From assembly GCA_028534125.1 (NCBI GenBank), contig CM052817.1:94800001-94864000 (forward strand): a DNA stretch of 64,000 nucleotides, given 5' to 3'. Each line of letters starts with the position of its first letter. Positions within the stretch are counted from its first letter, which is position 1. The position numbers and the translations under genes were made by a program. The notes below the pieces were generated by a model that worked only from the letters and a program-made list of their open reading frames with translations, had not been told where the DNA came from and did not search any database. Source of the DNA: Lama glama (taxonomy: Eukaryota). Positions 27,800-41,620 of the stretch are shown one piece after another.

Positions 27800-27954
27800 T
27801 TTTTTTTTTGGTGGGGGAGGGAGGCAATTTGGTTTATTTATTATTATTATTATTATTATTACTACTACTATTGTTTTTAATGGAGGTACTGGGCACTGAA
27901 CCCAGGACCTCATGCATGTTAAGCACTGCACTCTACTGAGCTATACCCTCCCCC
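27800..27954 (-). mobile_element. tRNA-derived SINE (camelid vic-1 type) with internal (TTA)n(CTA)n
   Basis: Minus strand reads ggggagggtatagctcagtagagtgc...gggttcagtgccc. Degenerate flanking duplication catYattgatttt. Confidence 0.85.
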
Positions 27955-28714
27955 ACATCATTGATTTTAGAAAAAATTCCTAGTCACTAAGAGAAAAGGC
28001 GCCAAAAGATTTACTCTAGTCACCTGCTGGGAACCTTGTGCTCCTCTGCAGGAGTTAACACTCACAATGACAGTAGCTGCCTGGTGGTAGGAGCCTATGA
28101 GAAGGGCCCTGTCTTGTCCTCCAGGCCAACACAGAAATAGATCATGTCCCCACTTGGCCCTGAAGAAGCTGTCCAGTTACTAAGTTCAGACCTGTTTCGG
28201 AAGGGAAAGCAGGTTAATATTCTAGGAGTTTGTAACCTACTTCCCACACCCTCAGTCTCCCTCTCTGCCTTACGGGGCGTCCTGCCCTTGGAGTCGTAGG
28301 GATCCTGCCAGGCACGTGATGCTACACACTTGAACACGGGAGCCCACTGAACAGCAAGGCTTCAGGGAACAGGAAACTGCTGCAGCTTCACAATAGACAC
28401 GAAAAACAGTATCTTTAGGTTCACTCTTCTCTGTATCTTCATTAGGGGATCTAAAATATGACTCTCCTTCAGTTCCAGTTTAAAGGTTTATCATTACTAC
28501 ATCACTGCTTTGTAGGTATAAGAAGAAGGAAGAAATCTACATGGATTCATGTCTCTTCATCCCTCAAATAAGAATAATTAAAAAAGAAAGAAAGAAAGAA
28601 AGAAAACTTCCCAAAGCATTCTTAAAATATTGAAGAAATTTATAACAGAATGAGCAGTACAATAATCACTTTATTGAGACTGTCTACAGTGTTAAGAATT
28701 TGCTTTTAATTTTG

Positions 28715-28820
28715 GTAAGCCTAGATTCCTGATTCATAGAAACTATGAGATAATAAATGCGCTTTGTTTTAAGCTGCTAAGTTTGTAATGATATTGTTAC
28801 AAAGCATATGCAATTAATAG
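28715..28820 (+). mobile_element. MaLR (MLT1) LTR 3' fragment
   Basis: agaaactatgagataataaatg...tgttttaagctgctaagtttg. Confidence 0.65.
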
Positions 28821-29129
28821 AAAGGATGTGTTCAAAGAGAGGAAGGTCAAACCGGAAGTGAGGACAAGCACAGGGAGTTACTGCAGGAGGAGGTGAAGGA
28901 GGTGGCAAGAAGGAAGGGGTCAGTGGACATGAGAACAATTTGAAGAGACAGGTTGTGTGGTCTGTTCACAAGGACCAACAAGTTACCTCTGCACCGAACT
29001 TCAGACTTTAAAGAAACAGCAGATGCCGAGAACACTTAGTAGTGCACAAAGAGAAAAGACATGGTCTCAGCCTGTCAATGAGAAGACGAGCACAGTACTG
29101 AGACATCTGTGTTTAGGATAAACAACCAT

Positions 29130-29390
29130 CACAGCCCAGCTCTTCTGAAAGCACCACAGTGAACTGATGGAGCTTGGTCTTTGGATGCGTCTGGCTTTGT
29201 ACAAGAGCCGTGTGATGGACTAGCTAAGTGGCCTTGGGAAATTTTCTTCACCTCACTGAGTTTTTGTTTCTTGTACGTAAAATGTATTTGTTTCATTGTA
29301 GGGTTGCTACAATGATGATGTGGGATGACAGATGCAAAACACTTATTGCTGCACATGGCATAAAGTAAGGGCTCAAATATAGTGCTTTCT
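29130..29390 (+). mobile_element. MIR SINE
   Basis: gccttgggaaattttcttcacctcactgagtttttgtttc...gtaaaatg...cacatggcataaagtaagggctcaaata. Confidence 0.7.
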
Positions 29391-32300
29391 TGTGCACAGA
29401 AGAAACTTCCGTCCCACAAAAATAATTGATCAAATGGATTCAAAGACTAGAGGGAAACGTCACACAGGCAATCAAAGTGAGAAAGTTCTTAGAAGAATCT
29501 GTACAAAATATAAAAATAGCCATTCATCTATCTGAACAGAAGAGTTCAAAAGGAATGGAGAAATCCACTCTGTTCCAGCAGAGATGAAGAAAGAGGAAAA
29601 TTCTAGTTTCAGAAGAAATGAGATAAGGCTGAATTACAAACTCAGAGGATGTAACACTGAATTTCAGAAGTATGATCTCATTTACCCGCCCAGGGAGATA
29701 TTAAATCAATATTCCTATTTCACAAGATCAATACATGTCTGAAAGTTTCTTTCCCTAGCTGTGAGTGAAGACTTTCCTTTAGGACTACCATCATGTGTAG
29801 TGTTGGCCTTTGGGTTGGTCTCACAAGCAGAGCCCCTCACATTTTCAGGAAGAAAATAACACTATTTTTTCTTAGGTGCTTATTAATCATGTTAAGTCGT
29901 TCTTTAAAAGCAATAAAAAAATGCATGTGTGGTGATTATAACAGGATTCTTTTTCAAGGGAAAATAAAGTCTGGCTCAATATGCTTTGGATTCAGGCTCC
30001 CAAAAATAAACCCACAATTCTCCAATCTCTCTACCAAAAAGGAAAAAAAACCCATCTGTTTTAAAGGATATGGAATCCTGACATTTGGGTTAATTTATAC
30101 TCATAATTATCCAAATATATTTCAAGAACTAGTTGATATTTGAGAGTATATTTTTCAGATATTTTAAATAGAAAAACCATATTTTATTTAAAGCAAACAA
30201 ACCAAAACAGCAAAAGATGGAGTCTTGTGGAACCTATGGTCTTATGAAATACAAATAGATTTTAAAGTCAGAAACCTTTCTCTTCTATCCAACATTTATT
30301 CTAAATTTATACATGTAAAAATATCTGTAACGTCTATAAATGCCCAGGTGTTTACAACTATTAATAAATGAAAATGTTTGCAGAATTTCATGCCCTTGGG
30401 TAAGACATAAAATTTAGATGTATTTCTAATAAAGAACTGAAGAATTTCTTTACAAGTAAACCACCCATTTTGAAAATAATAATACATGGAATTCATGGAC
30501 TTTTGAATAAGCCAGAATTTGTGGTCTCAAGCCACACCACACAACAATTTTTTAACTATATCACATTCCATCAAATCAGATATATTGTTGCTTTAGATGT
30601 AATGATTTCTTTGGTCCTAAAATTTAAATGCTAAGTTTTTGTTTTAATCTGTCAGAATATTCTTTCACAAATATCTGTCCCTTTCCAGACCAAATAATCA
30701 TAAGACTACTGCATGTTCACATTTTATACCACACGATAAAGGTTTCAGGAATGTAACATTTTCTCCAGGACAATTATTTATAAGATAAATAATGTTAAAT
30801 GCTTATTTGAAAAACTTTAAATCATCAATATTGTGATTTTATCTAACTAGACTCATATTGTACTTATTTCTCACATTTTCCAAGTAATATTTGCAGACTG
30901 TCAAACTGCCAAAATTGTACATAGCTTAGTATCTTTGAAGATTAATTCTGCATCTTAATTGAGGTAGCCTATTTTGAACAAATGTCTTCGTATTTTTACA
31001 TTACTCTTGAATTAAGCACATTCAGAAATAGAGCATATTTTCATTCACTCATTGGTAAACATTCATTTGCATATGTTACTTTGGTGGCTTAGTTGCCAAA
31101 CATTTAGCTAAATGATAAATAGGTACTCACTGAGGAATTAAACTTTCTTACAGGGTGGTCCTGATATGAAGCAAAGCCAGAAAATTAATGCTTAGTTTCC
31201 AAAACACCTAATGAACACAAAAGTAATTAATCCTATAGCTGTGCAGGCTTTCAATTCTCTGAATTTATAATGTCTTCCATATTTTATTAACTGTTTACAT
31301 AGTTAAGGTCTTATACTTTCTCACATCATTTATGGAGGGTTGAGATACAAATGAGTTAATTTACTTGATGAAATCGTTAATTGCTGAACCATCTCCGTTG
31401 TGATCGTTCTGTTTATGAGGTAATTTCATGATGTAGACTGTTTTCCATTATTTTATAATTAAGGATCATTTCTGCACACCCTCTGGTCCCATTAGCTCAC
31501 CCTTCCAACTCCATCGATGGAAAATGTATTAGCAAATTACAACACTGCAGTTGATTCAGGTATTATAAGAAACTGACATATCCTAAAGAAAAAAACCTAG
31601 CATGGACTATAAAAATAACAGTTTAAGTCACTACCATAAAATAAGGCTATTTTATAAAATAAATTTGAATTGACAAGACTCAATTTCATGAGACACAACT
31701 CCCAGCCATCATGAGACATCTCCATGAGTGACTCCTGCTGCAGACACCCAAGGGATCTCCATCCCAGTTCAGTCCCTCTCACTGACACCAACTCCAATCA
31801 TTGTGCAGAGAGCAAACAGATGTCAGGGATGTTCAACGGTGCATCAACAGAGTCTTGGAGACTCAAGGACACACATGAGATGCAGAGCTGGCTGCACAAA
31901 AGAGGCTGGTGATAGCGGCAGGCCATAACCCCAGCAAATGTGGCTGGCACAGTGACTGATGCAGATAGAAGCCCTCTGATTCAGACATGATTCCGTCATT
32001 TCATTTATGACTCAGACACGATTAAGGACCAATTGCAGATATTTAGTAAAGGCCAAATGTCCATAAGGAAACTCATGTAAATGCCACATGCTAATTGACA
32101 CTGCTGCATTTAGGGAATAAAATTTTACTCAGTTGAACTGCATAAGTAAATATAAAGTGTAAAGTAGAAGCAATAAGGTATAATTAAGACATAGTCTTTA
32201 AAAGTTGTTTTATAATTAATTATATCTAGCAAAATAATTATAACGAATTATAAACAAATTAAATATAAATAGAATAGAATTCAAATTAGTTCTTAAATTA

Positions 32301-32499
32301 CAGCTTGACTTCATATAAGTTAATGAATTAAACAATAGTTATTTACATCTGCCTAATAACTTTAAGAGAAAATTCCATGGGAAGGCAGCTTGAAATGGCA
32401 ACACAACCTGGACAAACAATATACTTTTGGGGAGCAAATTTATAATCAATATATTTTAAAATATAGCTTTGCTCACCACACACCATCCGCCCCACCAAA

Positions 32500-32925
32500 A
32501 AAAAAATAGGTCAAAAAAGTTAACTGTGAGGTGATGAATGTGTTAATTAACTTGATTGTTGTTATCATTTCACAGTGTACACATATACCAAACTACCACA
32601 TTGTACGCCTTACTACATATAGAACTTTCGTTAATTTTACCTCAATAAAGCTGGAAAAAAATACAACTTTGCTTTCTTCCAAAAATCTTTGCCCCCTTGT
32701 CCTGTATCTCTTCCTTGGATTTCCTGCCTTAGAGTCAACACTCTTGGGCATGACCTTGAAATGCTACATTGTCATTGTTGACGTGGTCAAAGACCTGGAG
32801 TTTTTTTCTTTTCTTTATTTATAAATATTTTCCCCAGTTTTATTGAGATAAAATTGACATACAGCACCATATAAGTTTAAGGTACACGCCATAATGATTT
32901 GATTTACATATATTGTGAAATGTTA
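32500..32925. mobile_element. Two short old L1 3'-end fragments in opposite orientations
   Basis: + strand: tgtgaggtgatgaatgtgttaatt...cctcaataaagctggaaaaaa. Minus-strand end: ccagttttattgagataaaattgacatac. Confidence 0.7.
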
Positions 32926-33409
32926 AGATGCTCTCATTCTTAAGGGCTTAGATGTTATTACTACAAAAATAATTTCTGCCATCTGCCTGTGTATCAGCAG
33001 GGTATGAGCTCATCCTTCATTTCCCAGAAGTGTTAAACCAGCATTTTGTAACTTTTCTACCTTGAGAAGAATCCTATTTTAGAAAGTTTCAAGCATTTAT
33101 CAATCTAAAGCAAATAACGGCCAGGTAAGCAGGGACCAGATGATAAAGGCGCTTGTGTATCTCTGCTGCAGAATTTGGATTATATTAAATTCACTAAGAG
33201 TCCACCGAAGAATTTTATGCAGGGAAATCGTATGAAATGATTTGTGGTGTACAAAAATCCATTCAGTGGCAGTGCGCATACTGTGGTCGAGTTGGGGGAA
33301 AAATTACAGGCATGGCAACCTAAAGAAATTGTTGCAGTAAAACTGGTAAGAAATACAGGCCCCTAATAAATATCAGCCTTAGGCAATGATCATCAACCAC
33401 TTCGTGAGA

Positions 33410-33642
33410 AGGGGGCAGGGGGTGGGAAGGGATAGACTTGGATTTCAAAATGTAGAATAGATAAACAAGATTATACTGTATAGCACAGGGTAATATATAC
33501 AAGATCCTGGGGTAGCTCACAGCGAAAAAATGTGACAATGAATATTTGTACGTTCATGTATAACTGAAAAATTGTGCTCTACACTGGAATTTGATACAAC
33601 ATTGTAAAATGACTGTAACTCAATAAAAAAAAGTTAAAATAA
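33410..33642 (+). mobile_element. 5'-truncated younger LINE-1 3' UTR with target-site duplication
   Basis: gatagacttggatttcaaaatgtagaatagataaacaag...ctcaataaaaaaaa. Flanked by aaccacttcgtgaga (33395-33409) and aaccactcggtgaga (33643-33657). Confidence 0.85.
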
Positions 33643-33841
33643 AACCACTCGGTGAGAGGTTACAGGTTTTCTTTTAATGGATGGATCAGTACAATAACAC
33701 ACTAAGCCACTGAAAATCTTACCATTACAAAAATTGAAACAATTGTACATTGTATGTCCACTGATATAATGAAATGGAATCCACCTACGGATCATTCTTA
33801 CAGAAATTCTAATGAAACTTCTAGATTTAAATATGAGTTTA

Positions 33842-34341
33842 NNNNNNNNNNNNNNNNNNNNNNNNNNNNNNNNNNNNNNNNNNNNNNNNNNNNNNNNNNN
33901 NNNNNNNNNNNNNNNNNNNNNNNNNNNNNNNNNNNNNNNNNNNNNNNNNNNNNNNNNNNNNNNNNNNNNNNNNNNNNNNNNNNNNNNNNNNNNNNNNNNN
34001 NNNNNNNNNNNNNNNNNNNNNNNNNNNNNNNNNNNNNNNNNNNNNNNNNNNNNNNNNNNNNNNNNNNNNNNNNNNNNNNNNNNNNNNNNNNNNNNNNNNN
34101 NNNNNNNNNNNNNNNNNNNNNNNNNNNNNNNNNNNNNNNNNNNNNNNNNNNNNNNNNNNNNNNNNNNNNNNNNNNNNNNNNNNNNNNNNNNNNNNNNNNN
34201 NNNNNNNNNNNNNNNNNNNNNNNNNNNNNNNNNNNNNNNNNNNNNNNNNNNNNNNNNNNNNNNNNNNNNNNNNNNNNNNNNNNNNNNNNNNNNNNNNNNN
34301 NNNNNNNNNNNNNNNNNNNNNNNNNNNNNNNNNNNNNNNNN
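33842..34341. other. Assembly gap (500 N)
   Basis: Run of exactly 500 N; the true size is unknown. Confidence 1.
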
Positions 34342-34699
34342 GGAGAGTCGGGGTTCCCCCAGAGCGGTGGCAGAGGAAGGAAGAAAGCCAGCGTCCGGCT
34401 CGAGAAGCAGAAAGCGGTGGACAGAGCTGAGAGGGCCTGATACAAGAAGGGAAATGCAACTGTACTGAATAAGGGTCACTTCTTGTCACGAAGGGCAAAA
34501 TGTAAAAACACCCGAAATAAACTCCTGCCAACTACCTGGTCAGGGTATAGACTAAGCCATAGGTCTAAGGAGGCAGAACATGACCACGAGCTGACAAGAC
34601 GCAACTGAAGTGAAATGAACTTGGTGACCGTTACAGCCTAAAATTTTAAAGAAATTGAATTGGTTATCAAAAATGTCACCAAAAAAAAAAAAAAAAAAG

Positions 34700-37600
34700 A
34701 AAAGAATTCTGCTTCTAGCCAAAATGGAGTAAGAGGGACTGGGTTTACCATCCTTCCTGAAAGAACTAGACAGTTCCTCTTCTATTATTATGACCTTGAG
34801 GGCTAAAAACCTGGACAAGGTTTTCAGGCACTATGTATCAACCAAGTAGGCAGAGGCCACTGGTCCCTGAGAGAGGGAAAACAAACAAGGTGAGCCCCAT
34901 GACTGTCCCAGCTTACTGCCCAGACAGAGTTTCCAGGCTGCGGTGCAGGGACGGGGAATCCAAACAAAACCAGGCACTAACCCTGCACTGAGGAGAGACA
35001 CGTGGAGTCTAGACAGGCCAAGAGCTGGAGTTCAAAAAGCAGAGGACTGGAGAGAAGACAGCTGTACAGAGAAGGAGCTATGGAGATCCACAGGGGATAC
35101 CCACTCCAGTTTTCATATTTAGTAGCATGTGCCTGTGGAGAAATTACCTGAAGGGAAAGAACCGCTTGAAAAGAGCAGATATTCAGAGCTGAGGCAGGTC
35201 CAAGAATAGTTCATGTTCCAAAGAGCCAGAGGAAAAAACATCATAATTCAAGGAAAATCAGGTAGAACATTTACAATGATATTACCCCAGTAGTGGAAGA
35301 AATTAGCCTTAGATTAAAGGTGGTTCTGGTTTTACCTAACAAGCATTAAGAGCAGGCTTGGAAAGATCAAACTGTCAACAAGCCATTTAACCAAACTTCA
35401 GAGCAAAGCTCAAGAATACTTATGAGAATGTAATATTAAGCATCTAACAAGGTAAAAATCAGGTTTGGAATTTAACAAAAAATTATCAAGCTGACAAAGA
35501 AGTAGGATGATATAAGCCATGATAAGGAGAAAAAACCGTGAATAAACACAGTCCCAGAATTAGCACAGATGACGGAAATGCTGGACAAGAACATTGAGAC
35601 AGTTATGGTAGTGAAATTTCATATGTTCAAGTATGTAGAGAAAAGACTGAGCAGGTAAAGTACAGACCTGATTTTTAAAAGAATCAAACTTTTCAAGATG
35701 AAAAATGCAATACTTGAAACAGAAAATACCTGAGCTAAAATGATAGCAGATTAGACATTGCAGAATTAAAGATTAGTGAACGTGACAATATAGAAATGAA
35801 AATGAAATGCAGAGAGAATAAAAATTTAAAGTTGTGGGACATTTTCAAGTTGCCTAACAGATGTATATAATTAGACTCCCCAAAGGAGAGGGAGAGAGGA
35901 TATATTAAAGACATCATGGCTCCAAATTTTCCACATTTGATGAAATCTATAAACCCACACATCCAGAAATCTCAACACAGCCCAAGCACAGGAAACATAA
36001 AACTATAGAAAGGCATAACAGAATTAAAAAGCTTACACCCACTGATAAAGGGAAAATGTAACAAGCAACCAGAGAAAAATGTGCATACATACAAAGAACA
36101 AAATAAAAGTGAGAGCAAGTTCTCCTTGGAAAAATAGAGTTGATAGCAGAGCAACATCTGTAAAGTATTGGGGGAAGAAACGGTAACAACAACCCTGTAA
36201 ACCTAAAATTCTATACCCAGCAAAACTGTCTTTCAAAAACAAAGGTAAAATAAAGACTCTGTCTGACTCAATCACACTCACACTATTACTACAAGGCTAA
36301 CAAGAACTGTTAACACATGTGCTTCCGAGGAAAATCATACCAATAAAAATCTAGATCTACACTAAGGAATGGGGAGCACCAAAATGTTAATTATGTGGTA
36401 GATATAAGAGATGTTTATTCTTATTTAAAATCTAAAAAATAAGTACCTGTCTAAAGAAAAAAGTAACAATACATACTGAGGTTTTAACATATGGGGAGCA
36501 TATGTACAAAGGCTGGGAGGGGAAAATAAAAGTATACTGTTAAGGTTTTTATACTATATATGAAGTGCTATAATATTAACTGAAGGCACACTGTAAGTTA
36601 AAAATAATTCAAACTCTAAAGTAAGCATTAATAAAAAATTATAGCTAATAAGCCAATAACAGAGAAATTGGAATAAATTAAAATAAACCAAAAGAAGAGC
36701 TAAAGAATTAAAAGATAACCAAAAAAAATAGATGGGACACATAAAAAGCAAATAGTACAGAGTTGGATTTTAAACCCAGCTGGATTGGTAATTACATCAA
36801 ATGTAAAGGGGCTAAACAGCTCAATTAAAAGTCATAGGTCACACTGACAAAAATAAACAAAATCCAATTATATGCTGCCTACAATAAATGCACTTTAAAT
36901 ATGAAGACGGAAATAAATCAAAAGTAAAAGGATGAGAGGAAATCTGTTAACACTAATCAAGAGAAAGAAAGAGTGGTTATATTAATAACAAGTAGATTTT
37001 GGAGCAAAGATTATCAAGGATAAAGAAAGACATTTCAGAATGACAAAAGGAGGTAATTCATGAGGACGACATAACAGTCCTAAATGCTTATGCACTCAAT
37101 TATCAGAGCTTCGAAACATATTTTAAAAGACTGACAGAACTACAAGAAACAGGGAAATCCATAATACATTCAGAGCTGTCAATATTTATTCCTCTCTCAA
37201 TAGCTGATAGAACAAGTGACAGAAAATCGATAAAGAGGGAAGACCAAACAACACTATCTAACAAATCAACCTACTTGACATTAACAGAACGTCTCACCCA
37301 ACAGCAGCAAAGTGTACAATCTTCACCACTGTGGACAGAATGTTTACCAATATAGACCATTTTCCTACACATAAAAGTTCCCCAAATTTTTAAAAGAATC
37401 AATTCGTACAGATTAAGCTCTCTGACTACAATGGAATTGAATTAGAATCGACAACAGAAAGGCTTCAACAACAACAACAAAATCCCCAAGTCCTGAGACA
37501 CTTATTATCTACTGGTCAAGAAGAACTCAAAGGGGAAACAGCATTTTGAACTGAATGAAACTGAGAGCACAACACTGCAAATTTTGTGGGATGTGGCTAA

Positions 37601-38040
37601 ACGCCGTACCACGAGGAAAATGCATATTGCTAAATGCCTACGTTAGAAAAAAAGAGAGGTCCCAAATTAATGACCTCAGGTTCCATCTTAAGAAAGTAAC
37701 TAAATCAGAGCAAATTAAACCCGAAGTAAACAGAAGAGAGTAAAGAATAAAGATCAGAGGGGAAATAAACTAAAAAAAAAAAAAACCCAAAAAACAGAAA
37801 AATAGAAAAAAAATTAATGAAACCAAGAACTGGTTCTTTGCTGAAATCCAAAAAATTGATAAACCTCCAGCCACACTGATCATAAAATAAGACAGAAGAC
37901 ACAAACTGTCAATATTAGGAATGAGCGAGGTGACATTTCTATAGAATCTATAGAATAAAAGGATTAACACATCAATATTATGAACAACTTTACGTCAACA
38001 GATGAAATGGACAAATTCCTTGAAAAATAGAGGCTATCAG
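34700..38040 (+). mobile_element. Old LINE-1 (L1M) 5' region, ORF1 and ORF2 endonuclease remnant
   Basis: Long A-rich tract with decayed ORF2 peptides (LNAYVRKKERSQINDLRFHLKK) and aagaactggttctttg...aattgataaacct. Confidence 0.85.
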
Positions 38041-38492
38041 AGTTCACAGCTGCCTCTTCTCCAGAGCACTGTTCTTGGCAGAACAGGACCTGTCTCCCTG
38101 AGGGCAACCTGCAAACAGTAACCCACTGATACGTAGGTGAAAAAAATCAGTCCCCTCCACCTCCCTCTGCGCCAGGATGGGACCAACTCGGTGGTGCACT
38201 TCGTGCTCAAGAGATCCCTTGTGAGATCAGACTGAAGCCAGTCTCCAGCTTACATCCTTAGCCTCATCCTTACTCAGCTTTGCTCTCCTGCCCTATCCTG
38301 CTTCCAGCACTCTCCTTTTCCTTCAGTAAAGCACCTGCCCAGGGATCCCTGTCTTGAGCTCTGCTTACTGGCCATCCGACCTAAGACAGCGCAGAAGAGG
38401 GAGGCTGGAAGGCAAAGTGATGAAAAAGGTCCTACTCCTTCCTCCTTCCTCACCGTTCCTGTCTGCATCACCCCAGCAGTGCCCCCTTATCT

Positions 38493-38910
38493 TGTATTAT
38501 GGATTAAACTCTGTCCCTCTCAAAAGATGTTTAAGTCCTAACCCCCAGTACCTGTGAATGTGGCCTTAACTGAGAATTAGGTGCTGGCAAACGAGTGAGC
38601 TAAGATGACATAGACATTAATCCAACATGACTGGTGTCCTCATAAAAAGGGGAAATACAGACACAGAGACAGACATGCATGGAGGGAAGATGATGTGAAG
38701 CGACAGGGAGGACACCAGCTACAAACCAAGGAAAGGAACGCCTGAGGCTCCCAGGACTGAGAGCCCAGAACGGATTCTCCCTAAGGAACCAACACTGCCC
38801 ACTCTTGGATTTCCAACTTCCAGCCGCCAGATCTATGAGAGAATGCTCTTTGGTTGCTTTCAGTCACCTAGTTCGTGGTACTTTGCCATGGCAGCCCTAG
38901 GAAATTAACC
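38493..38910 (+). mobile_element. MaLR MLT1-type solo LTR
   Basis: tgtattatggattaaactctgtccc...gtcctaacccccagtacc...gactggtgtcctcataaaaagg...atggcagccctaggaaattaa. Confidence 0.85.
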
Positions 38911-39563
38911 CATCCTGTCAGTGGCAGTCAGTTCGTGTCCAGTTTTCTCCCAGCACACCCACAGTCAACTCCATGTCACCATCACGGGGGCATCTGCAAC
39001 AGCTGGGCAACAATCCCGAGGGCTCCTGAGTCAGCTTCTAGGCTTTGGTAACCCCAACTTCCCGTGTTCCTCGATCCCCAGGGATGGGAGCTGCCTACTG
39101 CAGTCACTTTTACTTCAATGATCTTTTCGAACTGTTTTCAGTTTCTCAACACCCATTTAACTAAGTCCTTACGTTTAATTTGCTCTGTGGGAACAGGAAA
39201 TAGCTGTTATGTTTAATAATACAGTAATAAATAGCACTTCTTTATTTTTGACAAGACCCCTGAGTCTTAACCATTTCATTCAGAGGAAAAAACCAAGGTC
39301 CATAACATAGTTTTTAAATCCTATGCAATCCAGGCCCCTGGCTACTTCTCTGCCCTCACTTCTTGTCATTTCCTCTGTCACCCACTCTACTCCAGCTGCA
39401 CTGGTCTCTTTGCTAATCCTGAAACATACCAAGCATGCTTGCTTTATGGCCTTTGACTTGCTGTTCCCTGTGCTTACAGACATACGCGGGCATGTAGCTC
39501 ACTGCTTCAACTCTCTGCCCACATATCTACGCCCCAGTCTCTGGAGACAGTTTCCTGACAATG

Positions 39564-39900
39564 TACAATCACCCCTGGGATCCACAAGGAATTGATTCCA
39601 GGACCCCCGGACGCCACAATCCACAGGTGCTCAAGTCCCTTATACAAAATGGCATAGTATTTGCATATAACCCATGCACATCCTCCAGGACACTTCAAAT
39701 CATCCCTAGATTATTTAAAATACTCAATAGAATGTAAGTGCTATATAAATAGTTGTGAATACAATGTAAATGCTATGTAAATAGTTGCCAGCACATGGCA
39801 AATTTCAGTTTTGCTTTTTGTAACTGAATGGAATTAAAAAAAAATTTTCGTTGGCAGCTGGTTGAATCCCCAGACGTGGAACTTGCAGATACGAAGGGAT
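39564..39900 (+). mobile_element. MER2-like Tigger DNA transposon, nested in an L2 fragment (about 39260-40125)
   Basis: ttccaggacccc...tgctcaagtcccttatacaaaatggcatagtatttgcatataacc matches the MER2 consensus as recalled. L2-like sequence lies on both sides. Confidence 0.8.
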
Positions 39901-40876
39901 ATAAAATGACTATTTCTCTCCAGCACCGCACTCGTTCCCCGCGCCCCTTCTCTCTGTAGCACTCACCCTCTGGCACATTCTGTGGCTACTTGTTGTCTGT
40001 CTGCCCCAGTGGAAAGAAGTTTCATGCTCCGTGAAAGAAGTTTCATTCACTGCTGTGTCCCCAGTACCCAGAGCGGGATCTGGCACACAGCAGGTATCAA
40101 CTTTTAAACGAAAGACTGAATAACTCTAGAAAAAACCCCTACCAGCAACCCTACCACTGTCATCAGCGTACTTGAACGATAACCAGTGTTTAGTTTTTAA
40201 AGGCTGTGTATTTAGTCTCTGGCTTTCTTGGCTGCCCTTCCTGGGGGTAATCATCCTCTTTAGTAACAAGGTCTCCTGAAATTCCTTGGTGAAGGTGCAC
40301 TTTAAGTTGTGTTTTCCCTTCTGTTTAACAATTAAAATTTTTTATAATGCAAGTATTCCCTCCATGTAAACCTTTAAAAAGCATTAAGTGAAATGAGGTT
40401 AGACAGTCAGCCGCATTCATCGAGAGGCTGGCACCGTATGATGAGGCTGATCGGGACTGTGCTGGGGTGACCAAGAGGAAGGAAATGTAATTCCTGCCTG
40501 CACAGAGCTTCCAATCACATAGAATTCCCACGTATGGAAAAAACCTCAGACAGTTATGATCAATGCAAAAATGAAAACAAACCAAGAAAATATGTGCCGG
40601 TTAGATGAGAAGCCATGGCTGAAGGGCCATTCGAACTAAAATTCCTAAAAGCTGAGTGAAAAGCAGGATTTAAAGAAAGAAGCAAAGATCATCAAAGACA
40701 AAGTACTCGCAAAAGAAAATGACACGTACATGAACATAACTTCATTAGTTACCCAGTCTATAAACTACACTATGAATTTGGCCAGAGCCTCTCCTTTCTT
40801 AGTTACCTACTTTATTCTGTGCTTTCCCTTAAATGTATCGTATTCTACTCTGAACTCAAATGCTTCTGGACTTTAT

Positions 40877-41303
40877 CTTTTTTAATTGAAAGATGGTTGA
40901 TTTATAATGTTTCAGGTATACAGCAAAGTGGTTCAGTTATACATCGATACATTCTTTTCCAGATTCGTTTCCATTATAGGTTATTACAAGATAATAACTA
41001 TAGTTCCCTGTGTTATATAGTGGGACCTTGTTGTTTATGTACTTCATATATAGTAGTGTGTATCTGTTAATCCCAAATTCCTAATTTATCCCTCCCCCAA
41101 CCCCCTTCCCATTTGGTAACTGTAAGTTTGCTTTCTATGTCTGAGTCTATTTCTGTTTTGTAAATAAGTTCATTTGTACCATGTTTTTAGATTCCATAAG
41201 TGATACCATGTATTTGTCTTTCTCTACCTGACTTACTTTGCTTAGTATGATAATCTCTAGATCCATCCATGTTGCTGCAGATGGCATTATTTCCTTCCTT
41301 TTT
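40877..41303 (-). mobile_element. LINE-1 3' fragment
   Basis: Minus-strand peptide EIMPSAATWMDLEIIILSKVSQ, plus a 3' UTR similar to the copy at 3713-4182. Confidence 0.92.
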
Positions 41304-41329
41304 CTGAACTTTAAATGGCAGAGAGGCAG

Positions 41330-41620
41330 CATTTCATAAACTCCTTCGAACTCACCCTCAGGTCCCAGCTGACATGTCATTTTCACAGGGAGGCTGTTTC
41401 CAGTCACCTAATCTGAAATAAATGTGCCTTGTTATTTTCCATCTTAGGATTTCTTTTCATAGCCTTTACTGTAATTTATAATCACAAGTTTATCTGTGAC
41501 CTTATCATTTGTCTTCCTTACTAGATTAGTAACTACCTACAGGCTGGGTGTTTGTATTATTTTTCATTACTGTATACATTAGCACAGTGCCTGGCACTTA
41601 ATATGTATTTGTTGAAATGG
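41330..41620 (+). mobile_element. LINE-2 3' fragment
   Basis: tagcacagtgcctggcacttaatatgtatttgttgaa. Confidence 0.65.

Noticed and set aside
33634..34531. ORFs of 215-281 aa
   Set aside because: Artefacts of translating through the 500-N gap.
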